DNA of 62,833 bases, counting the filler, from Choristocarpus tenellus KU-1152 (lineage: Eukaryota; Protista; Phaeophyceae): NCBI GenBank assembly GCA_964200185.2. It is 8 parts of 8 records of this genome, joined end to end, with 100 filler letters (N's around TTAATTAATTAA, not from the genome) between each part and the next. Parts side by side here need not be neighbours in the genome. Positions count along the whole stretch, not along the records: positions 1 to 5,359 come from CAXNAD020011043.1; positions 5,460 to 31,106 come from CAXNAD020000181.1; 6 more parts are not named here. One strand, 5' to 3'. The notes below the pieces were generated by a model. That model was not told where the DNA came from. It saw nothing but the letters and a program-made list of their open reading frames with translations, and made no database searches. Both the position numbers and the translations under genes were made by a program. Shown here one piece after another: positions 1-12,500 of this stretch; position 1 is the first letter of the stretch; the number at the start of each line of letters is the position of its first letter.

Positions 1-407
1 CCTTTTTTTTTTTCATGAGCAACTCTTGTGCAGAAAAAAAACAAACTCGTGCGTCTCATATCTACACAGCCTATGGGCACCTAAGACCAAGAATCTGCCT
101 CTTCTGCTCTTACTTTCTTTCACTACACAGTGCACTTTTTCCGACCACATGCTTCGCCACCACGCTCAAACACCCTTGAACGACAAGCGGGGTGCACAAA
201 CTAATTTCCCATCCCAGAATAAACTCTACCATCAAAATAATCGATAGTGTAGACCTACACCCGGAACAACATACTAGCAGTACCAAACATACATTCGCTT
301 TGGGATGTCGCTGATTCATTCTGATGAGACTTATTTTAGCACCACTGTACAGCGTAAATTGTGCTTGGCTCCACTACTGTAGTATGGTTCAAGGTGCATT
401 GCTTCAC

Positions 408-2233
408 CTCAGGAAATCTTCGTACTGTTCTCCTTGTCTAGGGTTGTCCTTGAGATAAGGGTCTGGTACCTGCACCACCCTAGGTCGTTCGCTCTCCTCC
501 ATCATCTCCAGGGCTTGTGTGATTAGGTCCATTAGCTCACAGTCCACAAACAGAAGTTTGCTTTCGGCATGCTCCAGCTATACATGAGATGGGGTCAAAA
601 ACGGGGATCATCTCTTAACCATTGTGCAGTGCATTTGAAGGGAACAGAGGAGGGGGGAGACGGCATGCAAAATCAAACTACAGCAACAAGGGTCGTTACT
701 CAAGAGGTTGATATCGCTTCGTTCATGGATAGAAGGCGGTTAGAAAGATTAATCCAACCAACGGTATAATGATCCGATCACACGAGGAAAATGACTGAGA
801 TGATCTTGAGAAGGTCAACCTGTGGAGTTGAAGTGGAAGGTGAGATACGATGTGATTTTGTAAAACTGAACAGATCATTAAGCACAAGACCCCGAGAAGC
901 TTGAGCATGAATGTGAGCTGATGTTGCGAACACGAGCACATGCAACAGTGAACTATAGAGTAAATATTTCATGCAAGAAGGCTTACTCACGGCAGCACAT
1001 TTGTATACATACCCAACCCTCACCACAGATTTGAAGCTGGAGGAAACTTGCACTCCAGTCAGGTATGCACTGCTAAGTGTCTGCAATACAGTAGGTTGTA
1101 CTGGTGATGCCACAGATTGAGACCTTACAGCAGCAACACTGGTTTCATTTCATGCCCTTTACCTGGAAGGCGATCGTCTTGGGGTCGAGACGGGTGTTGA
1201 CCATATGCAACACAGCCCCTGCGCCCGGAACAGAGAAGTGCACCACCAGTCCCATTGGTACATTTGGCACCATGGCGGAAACGACATCACCCTCACCTAT
1301 ACCAGCGCGAGCTATAGCGCCTCCTAGTCTTCGAGCCTCGGCCTGCCATAAAAAAAAGTGAGACTGCTACCAATATAGTTTGCATCACATTTCGTACTTG
1401 CACCACGCTGGACAATGATATATCTCGAGCTGATTGCACGTTTTCATCAAGTATGCAAGCATAGCGAGGCGTTCTTCATCCGCTTCTACTCTTTATCGTC
1501 TTACTTCAAGAACTGCACCATCCACACAATATGAAGCCGATAAAGCCACTTCGACCAGTACACAAACCCTTGTCCACCCTGACGCACACACGTTAAGTCC
1601 TTGTTGGTCATGATTAATCGCCTGTTACGATCTACGCAGTTGAGATTGGGGACGAAAACTCTTATATCGAACCGCTATCTAGATCCATCCTGGAGACAGA
1701 ACCGGATCAAGGCAGTGTTGTCATAATTGTTGCTTGTGTCATCTCTATACGCAAGCCGTGTGACCTGTATCCTGAGAGTTCCATACCAATGTCATTATTC
1801 CTCGCCCATATTTATCAGCATGAGACTATTAACAGTGTGAATACGGAAAACTTTGGAAGTGCGCATGCTGTGTACACCGGACAAGGGGTGTTGCACCTAT
1901 CGCTGAATTGAAGTTGAGGTTAAAAAGAAGGAAGATGTTCAAATGTTGCTACATTGCACAGCTTCACAATGCACACCAACCCACCAGGAGGTCCTTATAG
2001 CTCATTCGCACATCATCACCATAAACCAAGGCAGTTCTCTCCGGAAAGATCCTGGCCGAGCGCTCCAACCAAGGGATTGGGGTCAAAGGCTCACTGTTTA
2101 CTCCTCTTGGAGAAAGGAAAGACTCCTTGTGGGAATGCACTTTACATGCTTTGGCTCCTGGCAGACCTTCCACGGATAAGGTCCACGGCCAAGCACGCAG
2201 ATTCAATCGTCTATGCACATTGCGCAGCAGCAT
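408..2233 (-). CDS. Acyl-activating enzyme / AMP-binding acyl-CoA synthetase (AAE-like), 5' part; continues beyond window start
   Basis: GT-AG exons 2233-1985, 1342-1163 and 577-408 splice in frame: MLLRNVHRRL...VNSEPLTPIPWLERSARIFPERTALVYG...YKDLL|AEARRLGGAIARAGIGEGDVVSAMVPNVP...HFSVPGAGAVLHMVNTRLDPKTIAFQ|LEHAESKLLFVD...EQYEDFL. This is a typical AAE N-terminus. The Arg-rich leader suggests mitochondrial targeting. Confidence 0.9.
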
Positions 2234-3149
2234 GGCCCTTTGATCCCAACGACAATGTACACAGTTCACATACTACTACTGTTCAAAACACAATTCAACA
2301 ACACATATAGAAAGGGTTAGGGTTTCTCATAATATAACTATGGATGATTTGTTGCTGATGTATCGTACAACATAACACTTCGCACTTGAAGCGTTCCTGT
2401 ACAAAGAGCAGGTGAGATTCTCCCACGCTCTCCTCTTTTTCATTCCCTACATATCAATTCATCTGGGTTTATAATCCAATGGCCATTGTGTGGTCTGCTG
2501 GGGTGGGAGTCCCTCATTTTGGCCCTGCTGTAGACCTTATCGCAAGACTTCACGCCCAACGCGTGACATGTTTAGGAGAAAACAAGCTGTAAATGCTTTC
2601 CTTATGTTGATAGAAAGTAGAAGTACAACGCAGAAATGCCCGCCCATTTGTAAGCCAATGTTGTTGCTCTGACCATACTCAGTTGCACAATCTGACTAAT
2701 GGATTGTTGTGGTGTATTGTTACAGTAGTGGGGTAGGGTCAAGTCCAGAGATTTATGCCCACATACCCCCTTTGCGTATCTGTCGGCAGTAGATCTTGAC
2801 ACAAGAACTAGTTTTTTCCCCCTTGAATTGGTTTTCCGTATAGTTGAAGCAACAATACGTGGATTCGATAGCTGTCCTGCTCGAGTTACGCAAGTGCTCA
2901 CATCATACGCTGATACAGCCGTGTGGAGGGGGGACCAACTGGTTTACACGTTGAACTTTGCAGTGCCGTTGCATAAGCTGTTCCGACTACATATCTAGTA
3001 GTATTTTTCTACACTCGCTTTAATCGATGGCATATGCCTGCTTCTGCGTTCAGCGTTGAACGGCCAGAATGCGACACTTCGTTGCCTGTGCATCATCCCA
3101 CCCACCTCACAACATTTAGCTCGCTCTGCCTTTCTCTTAGGGGGGTATC

Positions 3150-5323
3150 ATGAGGGTGAAATCATGTTTGTTCCTGCATTTTCTGGTGTTCCAAGTGGTG
3201 AAGGTGCACGGGTTTTCTCGGGCGTTGGGAGGACGCACTTTGGGTGCCTTTTCAACACGTTCGATTGTGTCCACACGGATGTCCGTCAAAATCCCCAAGG
3301 AATGCCCTCCTGTCGTGCTTCTACCCGGTTTTGGTAATGATTCAAAAGACTGTGAGTAAAGAATATCACACTGTGTGTACTCCTAGGACATTATTTCCTT
3401 ACCAATTGAAGCTACTCCCATTGTGGTCGTAACCCGAGATTGATTTCTTCTTCCTATTTCTACTCCAATCCATTACCATACAACAACAGCAATACCGTAA
3501 TATATAGTTCCTTTGTTTTGCTTTGGTCATTCCATTACGTCGTTGGGTATGCAGACATCAACCCTCTTGACGCCGGAGAGGAGAGGGGATTTGTTTCAAG
3601 TCTACAGCGAAGGGGGCTTTCCACCTTTGTGGTGCCTGTTAAGCGGACCGAGTGGTTCAATGTGGCCAAGGCAATTTTTACGCCCCAGTTTTGGTCAGGA
3701 ACTTGCACACCATGTGGACCAGCTTATTCCTGGTACCTTCAGAAGGTGTAGTGGTCAGAAAAAACGGTAGAATTGATATCACGTGTGAGTGTCATGTTTG
3801 TATTGTTCGTATATAGGGGTGGCTGGTACTTGGGACAATGCATGAGGCCTTCTCCTTTGAAAGACATGCTGATATGATGCGGATCTTGTTCTAATAAGCG
3901 GCGTGAATGCTCCTCAATGATTCTCAGGTTAAAGACACCGTTGCTCTTGCTAGAGCAGAGACAGGATGTGAAAAGATCATTCTCATAGGCCATTCCGCCG
4001 GGGGATGGCTTGGCCGGGCAACGCTAGGCGATGGTGAATGGGAGGAGGGTATTGCAAGTGAAGACGTTGTTGCAGGTGACTATAAAGATACAACATAGCC
4101 ATTCAGTTGTAGCCAGATCTCATTTGACTACAAGACAACTCATCGCTCCTTGTTCCTCACCCATTCAATGTTCAGACTTGCTCTTATTCTGTAGATCATT
4201 CGTTGTCCCTTATTTTGGTTGAGGGTAGGTGAGGGGCACATGGGAGGCAGATGCAAATATATAGCATTGTCCTTGAAGGAACGATGCTGGGCCTGGCAAG
4301 TTCGAAACAACTCTGCACAGTAATCTTATGTGGTTTTTTGGGGGGAGGGGAAGGAGTTCCACTTCGTAAATCTGCTATTCTGTGCATATTGTCTATTTCG
4401 TGCTAGCCCCAGCCCCACCCTCCTCTCCCTTGATGGTTACATCTGGACAATATAATTCTGCTTTTCTGTTTAAAATCAATTTTTGACATGGTGCTGGATG
4501 CTGTTAATTTGTGTTACAGGTCTTGTGACGCTGGGTACTCCACACTTCGCTGGTCCAATGGACATGGTGAGTTTTGCTTCCCTGCTGCGTTGCTATCCCC
4601 CCGCTGTCCTCAGGCAAGCATCTGTCGGCTTAGAGAGTCAACTGCCTTTCACTTCTCTGTGCAGAGTATCGCGTCCAAGCGTGTGTATGGGGGGTCTGCA
4701 TGTGTCATACTGTTTGGATATGTCACTGGCACCTGGTCCACAAGACCTGCATGAGGAAGTGCTCCTGAACTTGTTCCAATATAATATATATAAAGTACAG
4801 GGGCAGATACCTCTGGGTATTTTGTTTTGCCAACTTACCTAGAAGTTGATGCGTTTTTCATTCAATACCTAGGAGCATGGGGAAAATGATGTCGTGGGTT
4901 TATTCAATGGCTTTTCTGATACGGGCACCGCTATTGCTTACGTTTGATACGTGTTTGCCAAACTTGTGGATGCATCATTCTGCAATCATCAAAGGTCTGC
5001 CATGTACACACAGCTGTGCGGTCATGGAGGTCCAAGACACTCCTAGGTGTTAAAGAAGTAGCTGATTGTTGTAGCCTCCCAGTATTGGTTGTCACAACAC
5101 ATGAAACCACCAGAAGGTCATAGGCCCTCACCCCCTCACAACCGATCCACCCCCTGTCCACCTGGACCCAAGCACAGACCAGAGGGGCGCTGAGGTACAC
5201 AGAGAACCAGTACCCTGGAGCATTTTTGAGAGACAGGGGGGTGTTTTATGTCACGGTTGCCGGTGCTGCCATTGAAGGGAACCAAGAGGCTGAGAGGGGA
5301 ACAAGAGAGCGCTTTGCATATGG
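3150..5323 (+). CDS. Alpha/beta hydrolase (lipase/PGAP1-like), probably plastid-targeted; 3' end cut by contig end
   Basis: Exons 3150-3351, 3555-3745, 3928-4075, 4520-4566 and 5178-5323 with consistent phases. Motifs: VVLLPGFGN, IILIGHSAGGW (GxSxG nucleophile elbow), GLVTLGTPH. The N-terminus is a hydrophobic signal peptide ending VHG-F, followed by a Ser/Arg-rich transit-like segment. Confidence 0.88.
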
Positions 5324-5359
5324 GTGAGGTTTTGGTGGCGGTTGAAGGAGTGGGGCCGG

Positions 5360-5459
5360 NNNNNNNNNNNNNNNNNNNNNNNNNNNNNNNNNNNNNNNNN
5401 NNNTTAATTAATTAANNNNNNNNNNNNNNNNNNNNNNNNNNNNNNNNNNNNNNNNNNNN
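5360..5459. other. Artificial contig linker
   Basis: N44 + TTAATTAATTAA (stops in all six frames) + N44. Confidence 0.99.
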
Positions 5460-5481
5460 CCCCCCCCAGATACTTTGACTT
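5460..5481. mobile_element. MITE family A terminal inverted repeat at contig edge
   Basis: CCCCCCCCAGATACTTTGAC is the reverse complement of the family A terminus. Confidence 0.7.
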
Positions 5482-6529
5482 TTCACACAAAAAAACAATA
5501 ACAAAATATATCGCATAACATTACACAAACGAAACGCCAAAGCCGAAATATTTCACAATCATCTGGCCGCATACCAGGTCAATGCAAAAGGCCAGCGAGA
5601 TCAAGCTTTCTCCTCTTAAAGGTTCTCCAAAGTCTTGGAAACACCCTGCCCTGCAGGTAACAGGAGAGCGCTAATCATAACCACGAGGCCTGCCTCCCGT
5701 ACCAATATCATCATTGTTGCTTGAAATCCTCTACATGTGTGTGAACTCAATGGGTTGGGGTCTGGGTTAGGGCTAGATTTGATACTGTGTGAACACAAAT
5801 TACATTGCATGTTAGCTATCATTGTATTCCAAACATCTGACATAGAGCAAAATATCAAGCCCAAAAAAAGGAGTACACGAAAAAATAAATTCTTCATACT
5901 ATCAGCTTGAATTGATTCCCTAAGTTCCTTTTTTTATGCCTCTTGCATGTCGAAGAATAAACTTTGAAAGGTGGGCATACCTAAACCTTAACCTTTCCAT
6001 GTTCCACGAAATCAATGGAGAAGGAGCAAGGAGTCCGAAATGATATACTCTCCAGCAAATATTTCAATCATGTTGGTCTTACTGACTGGCTTCAAGCGGT
6101 ATCAATAAACCACTTCAGTCCCATCCAACATAAGATAGTCGTTCAAAGTTTTGCACTTGACACACCTGCAGAGAAGGTTTGCTTCCACAGATATAGAGGT
6201 TCAAACTCCGTCCTATCTGTCCTACCCTTCTCCATCAAAGTTCTTGAGTTTGGGGCTGCTGCAGTGATAGTTGGCTACCACCAGTACAGAAGAGTAAACC
6301 TAGATCCATTCAATATAAGGTAGCTTACATCATCATAGTTGTTTTTGCTGCTGTTGATGTCATTGATCTGTCGATGTTGCTTGTCTCACTTGTTGGCCTG
6401 AACTATGATATTCCTGACGCGTGTCCTGAAGGAACTGCAATTACTCCACACAACTGAAATACCTCCGTGACCTGTAAAACTATTAAATCCATTAACACTT
6501 TTTTTAATGTGAATGGGCGATATGATACC

Positions 6530-9500
6530 ATGCCTTACAAGGATCGAGACCAAGAACACCTCAAGGACGCCTTTTTTGAACAGTACCACCGGGCAGCAAG
6601 AACACTGCAGAGTGGCCACTTTGACGCTCTGAACCTGGACAAGGACAGTACCCCCGAAGCATTTGTGAACCCTTCAGAGGTAAACTTGAAGTTAATAAAC
6701 CTCCCTTAAATCAGTCTGATAACCCCTTTCATGTCTCTGATATCCCCAATTCTAACCTAAGTGATGGCACTGCCAGCACCAAAACAAGATAGTCTTATTA
6801 ATACAGTGTCTTGAAAGGTTTGGTTACTCCGTGTTACCAACAATGCTGTCTCAACCGAGACCAGCACTTCTAAAGGAGTCTAGGGGTTTGAGTCTGCCAT
6901 TTCCTCTTTCTGAAAAGCTTGACTTTCTCCATCGTGCATTTCCCTCAAAATTCTAGAGACAAAGCTTGAAGGCCTGTGAAGACCTACCATACACTAGTTG
7001 TGTGAAAATTGATGGAGGTGGGATTCCAAGAAGGGATGTAGCTAGTGCTCCAGCATGAGCCAGGGAACCGATTTTTCTGACAAGTAGAAGAATGCCACAG
7101 ACCAATCATTGGGAAGTTGGTGAATTTGTTTGATAGTATGGAGGTTAGTATTGGAGGTGTAGACCGTACCGCTTCCCTATTTTCACCCCTTGTTCCAGAG
7201 TACATGGATCTCTAAAACTCGAAAAAAATGTGACAGATAGGATCTTTTCTTGTTGGAAGTACTCCAACCTCTGACCTTGCTATCTTGATTTACCTAGGGT
7301 TTGAGTTCGGGTTTTGGCATTTAGGTTCAATTCAAGTTCGTGTTGGGGTCATGGCATCTCCTCATGTTTTTTGGCTTGAGGTTAGGGTTTATCGTGATCT
7401 TGACACTAGCATCACACTGGTTCTGTAAACCCATCAATATCTTGGTGTGCTGCCCCTGTTTGTGTGGGTGACCTGATGTAGCACTTGTAAGCTGAATAAC
7501 ATTGATAACACTGATCCTCGTCCTATCCTCAATGTTGACTCAAAACAATAACCAATCTACATGTTTCTGGCTTTGTTTTTTCATTTTCTGAACCTTTGTA
7601 AAATATTCATTACCTCTGTGGAGTTCCTTTGTGACCCATCAACCATGACCAAATGTATATTTTCCAGATCCGCCAACAGCTTGCGATGGATTCCTTCATC
7701 GTAGCCTGCCTTGAGTTGGGGGTCCACCCTGATCCATCCGCAGCAGAGTGGCAAGATGGACACATCAGATTGGGGCACTGTGGACTTGGTGATAGGTTGG
7801 CAGGTGCCCTCGTGGCCAGGTGGAGAAACCCTAACCCTAACCTTCACTGTACAGCAATATAGAATATTCAATTTCACTACACTTTAATCATTCAGTATCT
7901 ACCATTCTGGAGTACATATGTGATATGTCCTCTGGGACCTATCACCTGCCAATTGGCATCTGAGTAGTGTTCCACAGCACTGAATAGACATCTTCTGCTG
8001 TAGATGTTTGCTCAACCTTGCATTCCTTTCCTGTCAAGGACGTTGTGTGTATTGGTTGCGTACTGATTTTCAAACCAAAGTGAGGTAGTAATGTGCAAGA
8101 GAGCAAGCATCCACAGCTATGCTGTCACCAACTGGAACGTGGTGGAACCCCCACAACATCCTGGCAGATCGTCTGTATATCATTCATCTACTACAAACAA
8201 CTGGTGCATTGCCCCATGCACCTATTGTGTCTTACCATCCATGTGCAATTCACCCAGACTAATGCCGATTACACTACTGACGACTATGCAAATGTTGGAT
8301 AGAACTATTTTAAATTACTAGGAAATGAGCCAAAGTAACTGAGAGTGGAAACAGCTGATTCTTATTGGCCCCTCCGACCCTCTGGTGGCACATGTTTTTC
8401 GAAACACAGGGTCCACAGCTGTTGACTGCATTTTGTACTTTTGTTAGTACGTTCAATTCACTCTAAAGGAAGTTATCCTTATTGACACCCTTTGTTCCAG
8501 TGTCTTGACCTTCTGGTTGAAAAAATACCCGTAACTCAAAACGGTCAAGGCACATACCCCTCGCAGGTTTATTTACTCAATATGTTCTTTTGCAACAGAC
8601 TGATTGACCGAAATTCAAACACCGATAGCGCTGCTGCTGATCACAAGGCAAAGCGTTCTGGGTTTTTTTCATGCTCTCCTAATTCGCGCAGAGTGAACTA
8701 CCATTCCAACACTCTCTACATCACACAATGATCTACTAGAAATAACAATAGTTCATTGCATTCCAATCATACAAACAATTGATATCATTGGAAAAAATAT
8801 CTACCTGTTGTTTAGGATACTCTCCTAAGTCGTGCAGAGTACAATACCGATTTCACCACTCACAATATCACCCAGAGAGTTGATAGTAAATACAAGGCAC
8901 ATGTTACTACATATTAATAATATGTGTCACATCTATAAAGTTTCTCATAAAATGATCCATAACAACACCACATTCCCGGTGGTGGATGTCGGTACATGTT
9001 TTTCTCTGCAGATTCGCATTGATATGAATTTATAGCTAAGAATGAAATATCAGCTATTTTCTCCTACGAAGGTATATAGAGGTTTCGTGAAATATTCGGA
9101 TACTGCCGGTTCTTTTCATGTTTTTTGCATCTATTTCGATAGTGTGCTGTGCAGATCTCCTCTTTCTCCACTACCATTCCCCATCAGCCACTGCCCAACC
9201 AGCCTCAAGTACTGGAGGAAAGGGATGTTTTGAGTGTAAACAAAATTTACTATGAATAAATTCTTGTACTTTATCAGGCTTAACAAGTCACATTTTCCGT
9301 CCAGAAATTATTTACACGATGCTTCAAGATGCCGTACTGGACACACCTTCCCTTGCTATAAATTTTTGTCCCCTCCATACTCTGAGAGAAAGCAGAGCCT
9401 ACTATATTCTTCAACCCTGGGGGTTCCGAGCAGATTTTTTTTTAATTGACTTTAATTGTAACGGTTTATTTTAGAAAACCTTTCACCCCAAGAACTTGTA

Positions 9501-12500
9501 GCCTCTGAGGTGGGAAGCAACGTGTGAATGACTAATAGTCGTATACTTTTTAGGTAACTGTGTTCACACAGAAAACCGAAGAAGGGTATAAAGTCCAGTG
9601 GAAAGCCCAGCCCCAAACGGACAAACAGGGACAAACTCTTGCCCTCTTAAATGCTTTGACTCTGACATGAGTTGGAGCTCAAAGGTGCACAGTATGGAGG
9701 ATAGAAGCATGCGAGAAATTTCGTCCAATGTGATTGTGCACGTTGTTCATGGAACTGAACATGCTTCGCAGGGTAGTTGCCTCAACTGACCATAACCTTG
9801 ATTGAATTTCCGAAAGTCAAGCTATAAGTATGCTGATATCATTGTCAAGACACTCATCAGATTTACAGAGGAAGTACCATGAATTAATCTTACTATTGAG
9901 TGTGACTCAAAGCACTCTATGAATTAGGGCTAGGTATTTACATGCAGAGAGGGTGCACCTAGGCAGTTTGGTGGTGAAGTCCCATTGATTTCACAAGATA
10001 TCTAGTACAGATTGTTTTTTTATTCCACACGACCAGAAGGTCAACTCTCCATGCAGGCCCTAGGTTGCACCAAGAACAAATAACAATACCAATGGGGAAA
10101 ATTGCTAGTGAGAATGTTTCTTAATAAGAGAGCAGCATTCAATAATGTTAGATTTAATGTCGACAATAAACAAACAAAACGTTTAATCTGCAACCTCTTA
10201 TTCCCTCACGAGCCTGGCAGCATGGCATCTCGACACTCACCAGATCGTATCCATATTTTGATTTTTGGTGTACCTTTCAATTCTCAAACTGGTATGAATG
10301 TGCAGTCTGGAGCACAGCCTGCAGGTGTCGCTGAACTTGTGCAACAATCGACTGGGGGATGCCTCTCTGAGGTCCATAGTCAGAAATCTCAGACAATCCA
10401 CCCTTGTCTCCCTCAACCTGTCTGACAACAAGCTTGGAAAGATGTCTACAGATCAGCTCTGCTCCTATCTGCAAAATAATCCCTGCCTTGAGGTTCGTCT
10501 TCAGAAATAGAATTAACATTGGGCTTAGGGTTTGGGTTAGGTAGGGCCATCCCTCTCTTAGGCATGATTTTGTCATGATTGGAGCTTACATCCCTGTTTT
10601 GTTCCGTGCTTGTTAATGAGGCCATGATTGAGATAGAATATATTCTTCTGCTTTGGCTTGAGAATTTTCCTTGAGCTTGTTTTCACTATAGATGAGTGAT
10701 TCTCTTGGGGGGGTTTTTACAAAAAAAAGACTGGGCTTAACTGTAACACTAACTAAATTACTCTCATTAATAATTCCAAGTGGTGACATGACATTGCCCT
10801 CACACCCCCATTCTCACTGATGTGATTGGGTTCAAGCAGTCTTTGAACCTCAGTTCAACCAAGCTTGGGGACAGGGGTGCATGGGCTCTGGGCCTAAGCC
10901 TCTGCACAAACTCTACACTCGAACATCTCATTCTCAGGTACTGCACAGTGTTGGTGTCGGTGTCAGCATTGTTGATATTTTTCGAGTTGGGTTTGGGAAT
11001 GGGGTTGTAAGGGTTAGAAAAGAGTGATCGAGTTTGTAGCAGTAATGACTTTACTGCTAGGGTTATGGTTAGAGTTAAGGTATGGTGGTGGACCACCAAA
11101 AATGTACACTTCTGGTCTCATTTTCATAAAGGAATGACTAGCCAGTAGCACTCAAAAAAGTTCTGAGCGGTGTTTTAAGCAAGAACTGCCGTATACATCC
11201 ACACACGCACAAGGCAGTAGGCAGGGGACAGATTGCAACGAGCCTACAGGAAATCCACAATCCTCTCCGACAAAAAATGTTATTCCCTGTCTTTTCGGTC
11301 CAATACGATACCTTTGGGCAGCATTAAATGTCTACAAGTCCCCCTATCTTAGAGACACCTATCCCTAACCCCATCGTGTCTTGTGAAACAGAGTCTCAAA
11401 GGACAGGTAAGGGAAGCAACTTTGAACCAACAGAATAGTCAATATTTTGCTCTGGCTATAGAGGTAAAGAGGATCTATTTGCTTAGCAAATCTTCCATCT
11501 ACTGCAACCTTAGGGTTAGGGTTAGAGATTCAAAAAGATATATTGGTATAATATAACATGCTATGTAGACGAAACTATCTGAGGATCTGCCTGGAAGTGC
11601 TGTTGGAGTTGCAGCTAGAATGATAACCGACCGGGTAAGGGTTCGAATTTCTGGCGAAAAAAATGTTCTCAATAGAAAGAATGTTACTGTAAGAAAATAT
11701 CTCATACATTGAGACTGTTTATCCTAGCATAACCAATCTACACCAATGTCAACCCATGTAGCGACTCCTTTGTCATAACTAATCGTGGTTGCTATTGAAA
11801 TTTTGGGATCAATGCTGCTGGAGAAATGATCAGCTGCAACTCCTTGGGTTCGGATGGTGCAGCAGCCCTTGCAGCCTTCCTCCAAGCCGACTCTTGTGCT
11901 TTGACACACCTTGATCTTACATGGAACTCCTGTTCCGGTAGGGGAGCAGTCCTGTTGTCCAAGGCACTAGAAGAGCAGGTGAGAAGACAGGTAGCAAGAA
12001 CAAAGTCTTTGCCTTAATTCCCTATCCCTTGGTCCTGATATACCTAACCCAAACCCTGAATCTAACCATATGCCCCGGACCATAACCCTATCCCTGGCTG
12101 TATCCGTGACCAGAACCTGACTCAAACCCTAACCCAAACCCTAACCCTCACCCTAGCCCTAGCCCTAACCATCTCGACCCAAACTCGAAAACCCTACCCT
12201 AACATTGCATGCTGTAGGTTAAGGAGACTGTCATTTTGTTATGAGTTGCGATGTATCCTTATTTTCCATTGCCTTAATTTGTCCACCACATTCAATTCTC
12301 TGTGGAAAAAGAAACCGAGAATACTAACAAGGATAAGGGATATGGCAGCCTAGCTAATTGAAATAGTACAAATGCTACAATTTCAAAACCAATATCAACA
12401 CTACACATAAAGGTTGCATATTGGTCTAGTGATTGATAAGCCCCTCCATCATAGGGAGGTGTTAAACGGTTGCAGAGCAGTCCAAAGTCGAGTTTTTTGA

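Noticed and set aside
5404-5415. TTAATTAATTAA palindrome repeated seven times
   Set aside because: It is always centred in a 100-nt N spacer, so it is an assembly linker. Gene adjacency across linkers has no biological meaning.
11600-11660. GGTTCGAAT B-box-like motif (tRNA or SINE?)
   Set aside because: No cloverleaf, no convincing A box and no second copy.
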